IMG/VR virus record: IMGVR_UViG_3300022698_000267
Coordinates: 62,001-126,000 of that record
DNA length: 64,000 bases
Strand: one strand, 5' to 3'
Shown here: in pieces, positions 43,179 to 52,919 of the stretch
Layout: each line of letters opens with the position of its first letter
Numbering within the stretch: the stretch's first letter is position 1
Program-made: the position numbers and the translations under genes
Notes under the pieces: generated by a model
Databases searched by the model: none
Told to the model about the DNA's origin: nothing
What the model saw: the letters and a program-made list of their open reading frames with translations, nothing else

Positions 43179-43805
43179 TTACCGAACCCTCCTGGAACTA
43201 GCAAGTGAAGATCTTATTAGGTATGAACTTGCGACTAACACATCTAGCGCTTGTAATGCTCGATACGTTTTAAATGGCAGTTTAGTGTATTGATAACTAG
43301 TCTTTATTTTTGTTCCATCTGAAATTTCTTGTTTGATTTTTAGACGATTTCCTTCCATAACCATGGTTTGTGAACCAATACCTCTTCTACCATCTTCGAG
43401 AATTAGTTCAATGGAACCAATAGGTTTATACGTTAACTGTATTGTGTTTGAATTCGTTAACAATTCCTCTTTATATAGTTTTGTTGTTGTATCAATTCCT
43501 AAATCCCCAGCTTTTCTGGCTTTGTTTAATGTTGTTAGTATTCGAATCATGTAGTCAGATTTTTTACTTTCTTTCTCATCGAATATTTTTTGTACAGCAG
43601 CACTGAACCCACTTACAAAACAATCGTTAAAAGCATTATTTGTTCTTAATCTATACTTTGTGATGTTTTGTTCTGTATTGAGTTTTGAAATCAATTGTTT
43701 TATTTTGGGTTCTTGCTCTGTTCCATTCCAATTTGCAAGTAAGAATTCCCACCATATTTCTGCACTTTGAATTTTGGTAGGCATTACAAAATCTACTTCA
43801 GCCAT
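43179..43805 (-). CDS. Hypothetical protein
   Basis: SD AAGGAG; 208 aa. Confidence 0.7.
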   Translation of the reverse strand: MAEVDFVMPTKIQSAEIWWEFLLANWNGTEQEPKIKQLISKLNTEQNITKYRLRTNNAFNDCFVSGFSAAVQKIFDEKESKKSDYMIRILTTLNKARKAGDLGIDTTTKLYKEELLTNSNTIQLTYKPIGSIELILEDGRRGIGSQTMVMEGNRLKIKQEISDGTKIKTSYQYTKLPFKTYRALQALDVLVASSYLIRSSLASSRRVR

Positions 43806-43865
43806 GATTTTCTCCTTTCATTTCTTATGTTTTAATATTTTTTAAGAATAATGTCAAAAACTCTC

Positions 43866-43894
43866 TTGACTTTCCATTACAAAACCTATATAAT
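43866..43894 (+). promoter_or_regulatory. Early sigma70-type promoter
   Basis: TTGACT-17-TATAAT. Confidence 0.8.
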
Positions 43895-44243
43895 ATTCGT
43901 AAGTTAAATATAATTTAAATAGTAGCAAGAGGAGGTGAAAATGATACATGATTAATGCTAATCTGGCAGCTCTAATTTCTAGTGGACTTACAACTCTACT
44001 TTCTAAAAACATAGATAATGGGGAAGTCATAGATTCTCAGACCCAAGGATGTACACAGGGATGGAATAAACCCAAGTCAAAATCTAAGGGACGACCTGGA
44101 ACATGGGCCTACGTCGAGAAAGAAGCTCTTGCAGATTTGGATAGAAGCAATGCTCTCAGTGATGAAGAGATGGAAGAAATCTATGCTGCAGCTCGTGCTA
44201 GGGGATATGAACTCTAATTGAATGTGAAGGAGGTAACTAGTGT

Positions 44244-44702
44244 ATGCCAGATGTCTATGTGGAGTACTTAACTAACTACAAGAAGAAAGAATGGGGACCT
44301 TTAACTTATGCCAAACCCGGTGACGCTTGTTTTGATCTTCGTGCTGCCATTAAGAATTCGCAAGTTTTAATGAAGGACCAAGTTGCTGTAATTTCTACGG
44401 GTGTAAAGTTTGCTATTCCGGAGGGTTATGAAATACAAATCCGTCCCAGGTCTGGCTTTGCATCTAAGAATAGTGTCATTATTGTTAACTCGCCTGGAAC
44501 CATTGACAGTGGTTATCGAGGTGAAGTAAAAGTGGCTCTACTTTCTTGCTCCCGTTCGGGGGTTGTTATACAACCTGGTGCCAGAATTGCTCAGGCGAAA
44601 TTGGCAGAAGTTCTTCAACTCAATTTTATTGAGACCAATGATGTTGCCACATCATTTGAGTCTGAAAGAGGTGAAGGGGGATTTGGATCAACTGGTAACT
44701 AA
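44244..44702 (+). CDS. dut: Trimeric dUTPase
   Basis: ACFDL, RPRSG, GTIDSGYRGEV, RIAQ, RGEGGFGSTG. Confidence 0.97.
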   Translation: MPDVYVEYLTNYKKKEWGPLTYAKPGDACFDLRAAIKNSQVLMKDQVAVISTGVKFAIPEGYEIQIRPRSGFASKNSVIIVNSPGTIDSGYRGEVKVALLSCSRSGVVIQPGARIAQAKLAEVLQLNFIETNDVATSFESERGEGGFGSTGN

Positions 44703-44722
44703 CTAAACCGGGAGATAACTAA

Positions 44723-45754
44723 ATGACTTCGGATTTAACTATAATAGCAAATGACAGTTTGGTTCTAGAAAAGAAGATGTTGGGTTTTTTAAAGCATACC
44801 AGATTATTCTTCGAGAACATCATCACTTATCTAAAAGGAAAACGGTTAACTAAAAGCAATTTTCGTATTGAAGACACTTCAGTTGTTCCTAACTACATAA
44901 CTGACATTGAAGAAATTTTGGATAGAGGTGAAGAACTTGTTGTTCTGGAGCATATTGTTAACGAACTTCATCCAAAAAGATGTTTCCTTTTTGATATGAT
45001 GCAGGAGCTAATGAAGAGTGAAGTTCTTTCTGATGAAGAGAGAAACAAGGCTAAATCCATTTGTGATGATTATTTACAGAAAGTTGTTTGGAGACTTTGT
45101 AACTCAGAATTATCTTTGGTAAAGAAAAAAGCTGGAAGTATTGCTCGTGGAGTAACTAGTGTTTCTTTCCAGGATAAAGTGGGTTATGGTTATGAAGGAT
45201 TGTTAAAGGCAGCTCATAAATTTGATTTCGAAAAGGGGATCAAATTTAATACCTATGCTTCTTGGTGGATTTGGGAAAGTATTTTGAATGGATGTAACAA
45301 TGAAATGTACTTTTTGAAGGTTGAAAGTCCAAAACAACAGAAGTACATAAAATTTCTATCATCCAGTCGAAAAAGAGATGGAAAAGAATCCACTCATTTG
45401 TCTTCATCTGAACTATTAGAGATTTATGCAGCATGTAACATTGCTTCTGTATATGGCGAAGATGGTGAAGACCATTCTGATTTGAAGATCGATGATAGTA
45501 ATTCAGAAGTTTTCTACCATAGTAATCCCGAAAACATTTTAAATATTTCTCAGAATCCCAGATCAATGTTAGAAGATACAATAAATACTAAATTGAATAA
45601 GGATGAGAGAAAGATTTTAACTCATTACTATGGTATTTTGGATTGTAGAAAACGATCAGAGAGTCAATTATGTCGTTCCTTTGGTTTTACGATAACACAA
45701 TTGAGAGATAAAATTCAGGAAATTCTCTCTAAGATAAGGGAAGACATGATATAA
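44723..45754 (+). CDS. Phage-encoded sigma70-family RNA polymerase sigma factor
   Basis: Region 2 GLLKAAHKFDFEKGIKFNTYASWWI; degenerate region 4 (L...ERKIL..YYG...IL.KIR). Confidence 0.88.
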   Translation: MTSDLTIIANDSLVLEKKMLGFLKHTRLFFENIITYLKGKRLTKSNFRIEDTSVVPNYITDIEEILDRGEELVVLEHIVNELHPKRCFLFDMMQELMKSEVLSDEERNKAKSICDDYLQKVVWRLCNSELSLVKKKAGSIARGVTSVSFQDKVGYGYEGLLKAAHKFDFEKGIKFNTYASWWIWESILNGCNNEMYFLKVESPKQQKYIKFLSSSRKRDGKESTHLSSSELLEIYAACNIASVYGEDGEDHSDLKIDDSNSEVFYHSNPENILNISQNPRSMLEDTINTKLNKDERKILTHYYGILDCRKRSESQLCRSFGFTITQLRDKIQEILSKIREDMI

Positions 45755-46439
45755 CTACGTGGAGGACACTATGGAAGAAACAAGTAACCCCGCATTCTTT
45801 GTCCCGGTTAATTTTTTGGGTTTTGTAACTATGATGGGAAAAGGAACGGAAGAGGAAAGAGATTCTTTAACAAAATCTCTTACAGAAGTTAGGAAGTCAG
45901 AGGAAGTTCAACGTAAATTCTTCGAAATTTCCAAATTTATATCCGAAAGGTTTGGAATAAATTTCCTTATGGTTCCTAGGTTCTTAGAAATTAGTGATAA
46001 AAATGAACATAAGGACCATATATCTAGCTTTTTAGCCTTTCTTGCAGAGGCAGAAGGTTCTTATGAGGAAGATGATGAAGCAAGTTTGATTCCAAAATGA
46101 CAGATTTAACTAACTCAGATTCTAATCTTCCCGCCACTACTAACTCGGATTCCGAATTAAGTACCGAGTTTTCAGAATCCCTTTCTTATGTTAAGAAAGA
46201 ACTTCTAGATACTCTAGAATATATTGATGGCCAATTGGACGACATCGCAGAGAAGACAAAAGGTGTAACTAGGTTTTCTCGAAATATTTTTGAAATGAAG
46301 AAACTATTTGTTGAGCAGAGATTAAATTTATTGAAACAACTGTCAAGTTTAGCAGTTGATAAGAAGCGTAATGAAAAAGAAGGGGATAAAGATTTACCTA
46401 ATATTTCTGAAATTTTAGGTGCAAAGTAGGAGGTGAGAT

Positions 46440-46904
46440 ATGGCTGATGCCCATCGTTATGAAGATGTAACTCCAGATGTTGTGGAGTTAGTAAATGTAG
46501 TATTAGAAGAGCATTTTGATGAGTTAATTGGAGCTAAAATAAAACCAATTTTCGATACCAAGAAAAGGACTCACGGGGGACGTGTTGTTCTTGGTAGAAT
46601 GCAGAAATGCAACGAGTTGGTAAAGTTTCTAACTAATGATCAAGCAATTTCTCCAGAGGGTTTCGACTTTTTCTTGTATCTCGACAAAAACATTTACCAA
46701 GCAATGCATGAAGAACAGAGAAAAGAATTGGTTTTTCATGAACTTTGTCATTGTGGCGTCGATTTTGATCGAAGCGATCCTTATTATGTAGTACCACACG
46801 ACGTGGAAACGTTCTACAAAGAGATTGAATTTCACGCAGATGATCCACGGTGGTACGAGAAGTTGTCGGTTATAGCGGAGGCCGTTTATGTTGAAACGGA
46901 CTAA
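46440..46904 (+). CDS. Putative phage metallopeptidase
   Basis: LVFHELCHC (HExxH) followed by PHDVE.F. Confidence 0.8.
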   Translation: MADAHRYEDVTPDVVELVNVVLEEHFDELIGAKIKPIFDTKKRTHGGRVVLGRMQKCNELVKFLTNDQAISPEGFDFFLYLDKNIYQAMHEEQRKELVFHELCHCGVDFDRSDPYYVVPHDVETFYKEIEFHADDPRWYEKLSVIAEAVYVETD

Positions 46905-47145
46905 TTTATGCAACTAAAGATTATACCTGTGGAAAACATTAAATCTTTGGATACAGTACTTCTATTTACTGAAGACAAACCGGAAGACTACGTTTTTTCA
47001 CACCTACTATCTTTGGTTGTAGACAAGGAAGATGAAAATGATTTCTTACAGAAGTCATACAAGACTCTTCCAGATTCTACTTTGGTAACTGAAAGAGGTT
47101 GCCATTTTCAAATTGACACTTTAAGTTTATTGGGAGGTTTTACAG

Positions 47146-47454
47146 ATGAAGGACAAGAACAGTTTTTCAGAGGAGTTGTTTAGAAGAATCGAAGAAAAGT
47201 ATCCATCCATGGCCACCAATTTTACAAAAAAGGACGCTGCAACATTGACGAATGAATTCATCGATTGTTTGAAGGACGTCATCAAAGATGGGGAGCCCAT
47301 TCGGTTTCATGGTTTTGGTATTTTTGAATTGTACGCTTCTAAACGAAGAAAGGGGCGAAATCCCCAAACCGGCGAATCGATTGATATTCCGCCAAGAAAG
47401 AAAGTTAAGTTTCGTACATCCAAAAGCTTTGCTGATCAAGTTATCAATCTCTAA
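47146..47454 (+). CDS. hup: HU/IHF family DNA-binding protein
   Basis: GFGIF, RKGRNPQTGESIDIP, VKFRTSK. Confidence 0.95.
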   Translation: MKDKNSFSEELFRRIEEKYPSMATNFTKKDAATLTNEFIDCLKDVIKDGEPIRFHGFGIFELYASKRRKGRNPQTGESIDIPPRKKVKFRTSKSFADQVINL

Positions 47455-47485
47455 CAGAGTTTCCATTTTCCCCTTCCTATTTAAT

Positions 47486-47513
47486 CCCCTGGTAAGCATC
47501 TCCAGGGGTTTTT
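47486..47513 (+). terminator. Intrinsic terminator after hup
   Basis: CCCCTGG/CCAGGGG stem plus TTTTT. Confidence 0.7.
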
Positions 47514-47537
47514 ATATTCCCCCTTAACTTGGTTCAT

Positions 47538-47566
47538 ATTATATAGTCTTGTACATTTTTTGTCAA
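47538..47566 (-). promoter_or_regulatory. Early-type promoter pointing antisense into hup
   Basis: Minus strand AAATAGTTC-TTGACA-17 nt-TATAAT. Confidence 0.8.
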
Positions 47567-47596
47567 GAACTATTTGTATATTTTTTCATAAAATAC

Positions 47597-47625
47597 TTGA
47601 CTTTTCTACACCTTTATTATATATT
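47597..47625 (+). promoter_or_regulatory. Early sigma70-type promoter
   Basis: TTGACT-17-TATATT. Confidence 0.7.
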
Positions 47626-47825
47626 AGTTTACATTTGGAAATCAGAGAGGTTAATTTACTAATGAAAGAAAAGAAACCATCATTGGCACCAGAGACAAAA
47701 GAGTATATACGAAATAAGGTTAAGGAGCTTGGTTCATTGGCAGCAGTTAAGAGATTGTACAAAGAAGACTGTTTGGTTGATAACTTTGCTAACAATTTTG
47801 CCAAACGTTTTTATAAGGATGAAGA

Positions 47826-48179
47826 ATGAAATGTCTACAGTGTGGTCGATGTTGTTTCTATGCTGTAATCATTATTAAGCCAGAATCTATATCAGAAGAT
47901 CTTGATATGGACTGTTTAACTGATGATGACTTAATGGCTTTGGATGGTACAGAGAAATGTCCTCATTTAACTTGGGAAGGACGTAAAGCTTTTTGTAACA
48001 TTCATCATTACGATTGGTTTCCAGATACACCTTGTGGACAGTTTACACAGATCGAAGCATCACCTCATAGTTTTTGTCGTATTGGGAAGAATATGTTAGA
48101 TCCAAAGAATGAAGATTTATGGCGAAGGATTACTTTTAGAACCTGGGAAGATGAAATAGAGGAGACAAATGAAAAATAA
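47826..48179 (+). CDS. YkgJ-like CxxCxxCC cysteine-cluster protein
   Basis: CLQCGRCC, CPHL, CNIH, PC. Confidence 0.7.
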   Translation: MKCLQCGRCCFYAVIIIKPESISEDLDMDCLTDDDLMALDGTEKCPHLTWEGRKAFCNIHHYDWFPDTPCGQFTQIEASPHSFCRIGKNMLDPKNEDLWRRITFRTWEDEIEETNEK

Positions 48180-49080
48180 ATATCAGTCTTTAACTAAAGA
48201 AGAAAGATTTAAGGGATCTTTGGTTGGTTTGGCAACAGGAGACGCATTGGGTGCTTCTCTAGAGTTTATACATACGATACCAAATCCTCCTTTAACTGAA
48301 ATGACAGATGGTTATTGGACTGATGATACATCTATGGCTCTTTGCACTGTTCATAGTCTTATCGACAGAAGGACTTTTGATTTAAGAAATCAAATGGAAA
48401 ATTTTGTCAGTTGGTACACCAGAGGCTTTCTTAGCAGCAGAGGTTACTGTTTTGATATTGGCAACAGAACAAGAGAAGCTTTAGAAGATTACATGTTGCT
48501 TGATCAAATAACTGAAGGAGTAGATCCCCATGATGACAATTTGAGCAATGGTTCATTGATGCGATTGGCTCCAGTACCTTTATTTTATTACAATAATGTA
48601 GAATTAGCAGCAAAGAGAAGTAAACAGCATACATTACTAACTCATCCTAGTCAAATGTGTGTTGATGCGTCTGCATGTCTTTCAACTTTCATAACTTGTT
48701 GTTTTCATGATCATCTAGGGAAACATGCTTTGGTAGAAGATGTTGCTAACTATCGTAACGACCTTTTTCCAAGTTTAAGTAACTGGTTTGATGATTACTT
48801 ACTTAATCCAAGGAAACCAGATACCAGCAAACATGTTGGTTACGTAATGACATCTTTAGAGATGGCCTTGTGGGCTTTTTTAACTACACCTAACTTTGAG
48901 GAAGGATGTATATTATGTGTTAACAATGGTGGTGATACTGATACCTATGCAGCTATATATGGACAGTTAGCTGGTGCCTACTATGGTTACAAAAGTATAC
49001 CAGAGAGGTGGACAAAGAAACTTATTCAACACAAGATTATTTGTGATTATGCTAAGATTCTTTGTGATATAACTGCTTAA
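48169..49080 (+). CDS. ADP-ribosylglycohydrolase (DraG/ARH family)
   Basis: GDALGA, WTDDT, FDIG, NGSLMRLAP, TH, GGDTDT.AAI.GQLAGA.YG. Confidence 0.95.
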   Translation: MKNKYQSLTKEERFKGSLVGLATGDALGASLEFIHTIPNPPLTEMTDGYWTDDTSMALCTVHSLIDRRTFDLRNQMENFVSWYTRGFLSSRGYCFDIGNRTREALEDYMLLDQITEGVDPHDDNLSNGSLMRLAPVPLFYYNNVELAAKRSKQHTLLTHPSQMCVDASACLSTFITCCFHDHLGKHALVEDVANYRNDLFPSLSNWFDDYLLNPRKPDTSKHVGYVMTSLEMALWAFLTTPNFEEGCILCVNNGGDTDTYAAIYGQLAGAYYGYKSIPERWTKKLIQHKIICDYAKILCDITA

Positions 49081-49622
49081 AATATTTGAAATATAACTTC
49101 TGATATGAATTCAATTCTAACTACGTTCTTTGGTAAGTTATCATGTGTATTCCATTCAGGATGATTAATTAGAAAAACTTTTTCCATCCCTTCACTACAT
49201 TGCAAAGCAACATCGATTCTATCATCCGTCCAGAATTTGATGTTGTTTTTCATTAGATACTCAAACTTCTCATGATTGTCTTTCAGAACTAATGCAACAT
49301 CATCACCAAATTGCTTATTACACCATTTCTGTGTAACTTCTTGTAACCCTGGGTACCTAGCAGTAACTATTGGAACAGGTTGACTTGTTAACTTTCGAAT
49401 GGTTTTGATGGCTGTTTTAACTTCTATTTCAGGTTCCAAGTGATTTTTGGTAAGATGTGTTAAAGCATCCCTGATTTCTTGTTTAATCTCCTCCTCAGAA
49501 ACTCCTGGAATAACTATTCTTTCGATAGGACTTTTTATTTCATAGCCCAATCGATTCTTTAACTCAATTTTCATGTAGTCATATGTGTTGACTATTGTAT
49601 CGTCCAAATCAAAAGCAATCAT
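49077..49622 (-). CDS. HAD 5'(3')-deoxyribonucleotidase-like phosphatase
   Basis: IAFDLDDT, IVTAR, K, DDR, WN. Confidence 0.85.
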   Translation of the reverse strand: MIAFDLDDTIVNTYDYMKIELKNRLGYEIKSPIERIVIPGVSEEEIKQEIRDALTHLTKNHLEPEIEVKTAIKTIRKLTSQPVPIVTARYPGLQEVTQKWCNKQFGDDVALVLKDNHEKFEYLMKNNIKFWTDDRIDVALQCSEGMEKVFLINHPEWNTHDNLPKNVVRIEFISEVIFQIF

Positions 49623-49674
49623 AAAACCTCCATTTTTATTAATATTTTAGTATATAAAAATATTCAAATAGTAC

Positions 49675-49703
49675 TTGACTTTTCACCTAATATACTATAT
49701 AAT
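49675..49703 (+). promoter_or_regulatory. Early sigma70-type promoter
   Basis: TTCAAATAGTAC-TTGACT-17-TATAAT. Confidence 0.88.
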
Positions 49704-49731
49704 GGTTTAAATTTAAAAGGGAGGTAGCAAA

Positions 49732-49860
49732 ATGGTCGACAAAGGTAAGGTCTGGTTGAGGTGTATGGAGTGTGGTAATAAGTTTTCACGATCACTTTCC
49801 AAAAGTCTTTACAATGTCAAATGTCCCAAATGTAAATCCTATGATGTGGAGGTGGACTGA
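49732..49860 (+). CDS. 42-aa zinc-ribbon protein (not in ORF track)
   Basis: CMECG...CPKCKS; SD GGGAGGT; first gene behind promoter 49675. Confidence 0.75.
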   Translation: MVDKGKVWLRCMECGNKFSRSLSKSLYNVKCPKCKSYDVEVD

Positions 49861-50076
49861 TGAGAGACCCAAATAGAACAGCATTTTTTATTTTGGACGA
49901 AAGAGAAGAACGTCGAGTTGCCAATCGGGGCATTGCCGCTAGAAACCGGGATTATCGAGAAACCCTCCGGCTTACCGGAGACCGGCGTGCTGCCACCAGA
50001 GCGTACTGTGCCGGTAACAAATGGCTCATGGAGAATGCACGAGCCTGTGGAAATCTTCCCTAACATCCCCTCCCCC

Positions 50077-50104
50077 TACGGGCTCCCGGAAACGGGGGTC
50101 CGTA
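50077..50104 (+). terminator. GC hairpin with GAAA tetraloop
   Basis: TACGGGCTCCCG-GAAA-CGGGGGTCCGTA. Confidence 0.65.
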
Positions 50105-50232
50105 CCCCTCTAAAGTACCTCTATTTTTCCTCATATGAACCTCATTCTATATGCTCTAAGACACAACGACGCATATTTTATCGTCTGTCTTTTCTTTCGC
50201 AAAATAAAGCAGAAATTTTCTTCAAATAATAC

Positions 50233-50261
50233 TTGACTTTTAGTTCAACACCTTATATAAT
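50233..50261 (+). promoter_or_regulatory. Early sigma70-type promoter
   Basis: TTGACT-17-TATAAT. Confidence 0.88.
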
Positions 50262-50288
50262 ATAGGAAATTTAAAAGGGAGGTAGTAA

Positions 50289-50498
50289 ATGGGAGATACA
50301 TCGTATCAGGAAAAAGATTTTGGTGATGAGGAAATATGGGCCAAATGTGAAACCTTGGAACAGTTTGAAGATTGGTGCATCGATGGTTTCTGGGAGGATC
50401 CAGAGGATTTTGAAAGTGATACTGGAATCACATTCGAGGATATCGAAGGCAGATGGTTCCAGTTTGTTCATGATCGGGTCTATATTAAGACAGATTAA
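50289..50498 (+). CDS. Highly acidic early protein
   Basis: 22 D/E vs 5 K/R in 69 aa; SD GGGAGGT. Confidence 0.75.
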   Translation: MGDTSYQEKDFGDEEIWAKCETLEQFEDWCIDGFWEDPEDFESDTGITFEDIEGRWFQFVHDRVYIKTD

Positions 50499-50985
50499 GG
50501 AGGATTAAATGCGACATCTCACAGCAAAAAACAAAGATAATTTTTTCTCTCGTTTGAAAGTTGGTGACAAGTTTACATCTTCTCCAGATGACTTTATTGG
50601 TAAAGATGTTCATCGACTTGCTAAACAGCAGGGCGTTCTGGTTCGGTATTTTCGGCCGGGAACACTAGAATACAAAGAATTTGGCTGCTTCACTTATCAA
50701 GTTACAAGTTACTTGTGTTCCTTGCAGAAACTTAAAGGGTTAACGGTGGATTGTGTACGTGGCATTCGTACTGATCAGAGAATTAAGAGTGGATTTTCAC
50801 CACAATACATTCTATTTACGGATGAGAAAACGTACATGGCATTGGAGGAACAAGATTATTATACTTATCATGATTGTAATTTCAATGCACGTTGCCTTCG
50901 AATAGAAGAAGATGAACGTATGTGGAAAATAATTAAGGAAGATTTGAAACGTTACCCGGAAGCAGACATCGATTAGAGGTTAACT

Positions 50986-51486
50986 ATGGATTATACCATT
51001 GGTCCTGTGAAAAAATGCGTGGGTTGTGGGTTCTGTTGCATGCAAGCACCATGTGCTGCTTCTGTCAGGCTTTACCCTGGAGCTAAGATTTGTCCTCAAC
51101 TTATCTGGGATGAAGCATTGGAGAGGTATTTATGTGGTCTTATGCAACTTCCTGGTTCGGTTGGCCTGGCTTACAAACAGGAGTTGTATGCGGGAGCTGG
51201 TTGCTGTAGCAACTTGAATTCTTGGAGAAGGAACGTAAAGAATAGACATCCAGTTGACAAGAAGGATAAGCTGTTAACTATAGATCCAATGTTTCAACTG
51301 TTTCTTAACTGCCTTGGACGTGAGTGGATAAGCAGTGATGTATTGGTATTAACAGTTTCGGCTTTCATGTTGAAATTAGTTAATCATATGGATATGACTG
51401 AAGATGAAGCACAGAGGTACGGTGAGCTGGTTACCCATTATATGAAAGATAATACACCAAGTTACCTGAAAGAATTTATGGGATAA
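50986..51486 (+). CDS. CxxCxxCC cysteine-cluster protein
   Basis: CVGCGFCC..APC, CPQL, CGL, GCC. Confidence 0.65.
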   Translation: MDYTIGPVKKCVGCGFCCMQAPCAASVRLYPGAKICPQLIWDEALERYLCGLMQLPGSVGLAYKQELYAGAGCCSNLNSWRRNVKNRHPVDKKDKLLTIDPMFQLFLNCLGREWISSDVLVLTVSAFMLKLVNHMDMTEDEAQRYGELVTHYMKDNTPSYLKEFMG

Positions 51487-51500
51487 TATTCAAAAAGTAC

Positions 51501-51529
51501 TTGACATTTTCAAATTTATACTATATAAT
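51501..51529 (+). promoter_or_regulatory. Early sigma70-type promoter
   Basis: TTGACA-17-TATAAT. Confidence 0.9.
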
Positions 51530-51584
51530 ATGAACAAGTGGTTGGGGATAGGGTAAATGTAAATTTTAGAAAAGGAGAAAGGCT

Positions 51585-51869
51585 ATGCTGTTAGATGAAT
51601 TGACTGCGTATTTCGATCTTAAAGCTCAGGCCGAAGAGATTAAGAAACAGATGACTGAGATTCGGGCGTCTATTCAATCTCAATTACCGGGAAATTCCAC
51701 CAAAACGTTGGTTCATACAGAGGATGGTTTAGTGACACTGCAGACGAGATCCCGTCTTAACAGAAAATGTAAGTGGGATGCTTTTGCAGTAGCAAACCCG
51801 GAACTTTACAACCAGGTGGTCACTGAATCTGAAACCACGTATTTCACCATTTCCAAAAAGCAACATTAA
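51585..51869 (+). CDS. Early hypothetical protein (coiled-coil N-terminus)
   Basis: SD AAGGAG; own promoter. Confidence 0.7.
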   Translation: MLLDELTAYFDLKAQAEEIKKQMTEIRASIQSQLPGNSTKTLVHTEDGLVTLQTRSRLNRKCKWDAFAVANPELYNQVVTESETTYFTISKKQH

Positions 51870-51881
51870 AAGGAAGGAGAT

Positions 51882-51899
51882 TAGGGGCTTCGGCCCCTA
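51882..51899 (+). terminator. GGGGC-TTCG-GCCCC hairpin (family also at 52890, 54104, 54865, 55303, 59266)
   Basis: cUUCGg or cUUCAg loop hairpins right after stop codons. Confidence 0.75.
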
Positions 51900-51927
51900 T
51901 TTCTATGTAAAAATATTCAAATAGTAC

Positions 51928-51956
51928 TTGACATTTTTATCAAATTCTGTTATACT
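51928..51956 (+). promoter_or_regulatory. Early sigma70-type promoter
   Basis: TTGACA-17-TATACT with extended -10 TG. Confidence 0.9.
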
Positions 51957-51999
51957 ATAGTTAATGGTTAAGGAGAAAGTTTTAAGAAGGAGATAACAG

Positions 52000-52347
52000 A
52001 TGGAACCAAATATGATTAATGTTGATGAAATTACTCCAACGGCAAAAGATGTCGAAAGAGCAGAAGGTCTTCGATGGCAGCGGAATACTTTCCATGGAGA
52101 TAATTCTCCGTTCAGGGGTCAGGCTGCTAAGATGGCGAAGTTAATCAGGGACCCAAAGAAGCTTGTGCGTAGAGCTAAGGCAGTCTATAACTTATATGGG
52201 TGCAATGATTATTTTGGCGACTTACCCCCTGGACAATGGATAGATCCGGAGTGGAAAGCAACGAAGGATGCTTGGAGACCATTTGCTAATGCTTTGAAGA
52301 AAATGGGATTCTCCTGGACGCAGATCAGGTCCATTTGCAATCGATAA
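52000..52347 (+). CDS. Early hypothetical protein
   Basis: SD AAGGAG; own promoter. Confidence 0.7.
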   Translation: MEPNMINVDEITPTAKDVERAEGLRWQRNTFHGDNSPFRGQAAKMAKLIRDPKKLVRRAKAVYNLYGCNDYFGDLPPGQWIDPEWKATKDAWRPFANALKKMGFSWTQIRSICNR

Positions 52348-52372
52348 TTTTTAAAAAATCTTCATAAAGTAC

Positions 52373-52401
52373 TTGACATTTTATTAAAATTTTGTTATAC
52401 T
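52373..52401 (+). promoter_or_regulatory. Early sigma70-type promoter
   Basis: TTGACA-17-TATACT with TG. Confidence 0.9.
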
Positions 52402-52455
52402 ACTTTTAAGTGGTTAGGGAAATTAAACGTTAATTTTAAAGAGGGAGGTAACAAA

Positions 52456-52884
52456 ATGGTTTTAAATGAAATGTCTGTTCAGGCCCTGAAGAAGTTCCAG
52501 GAGAAGAAAACCAGCAACAAAGATGTGGACAAGCGGTTTGAAGCAATGGGTGAGCTGGTCCAAGAATTGTCGGAGGTTTATGAGATTGCTTGTCCTCGGC
52601 TTCGTATGAAAGATATCGACGGTTCCTATTCCGGTGGGTCTACGTTCGATCCTGATGAGAATATCATCACCATGCGTGGAAAACTCTCCATTATAACCCT
52701 TCTTCATGAATTTGCTCATGCTTTGCTGCATTCTTCTGCACCGGATTTGCATGATACCAACCGCCGGGATTCAGAAGGGTTCTGCCGAATTTGGAGCGTT
52801 CTCCTTTTCAAAACCGTCTACCCCGAACAATTTGCCAAGCTTTACTATAATGGTGGAAGTTACATTCGCCAGAGAGCAGCTTAA
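52456..52884 (+). CDS. Zincin-like HExxH metallopeptidase domain protein
   Basis: TLLHEFAHAL and downstream E. Confidence 0.65.
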   Translation: MVLNEMSVQALKKFQEKKTSNKDVDKRFEAMGELVQELSEVYEIACPRLRMKDIDGSYSGGSTFDPDENIITMRGKLSIITLLHEFAHALLHSSAPDLHDTNRRDSEGFCRIWSVLLFKTVYPEQFAKLYYNGGSYIRQRAA

Positions 52885-52919
52885 CTTTATGGGGGCTTCG
52901 GCCCCCAATGGAGACAACA

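Noticed and set aside
43829-43857. Second leftward early promoter
   Set aside because: Minus-strand TTGACA present but the hexamer at 17 nt is TAAAAC; too weak to call
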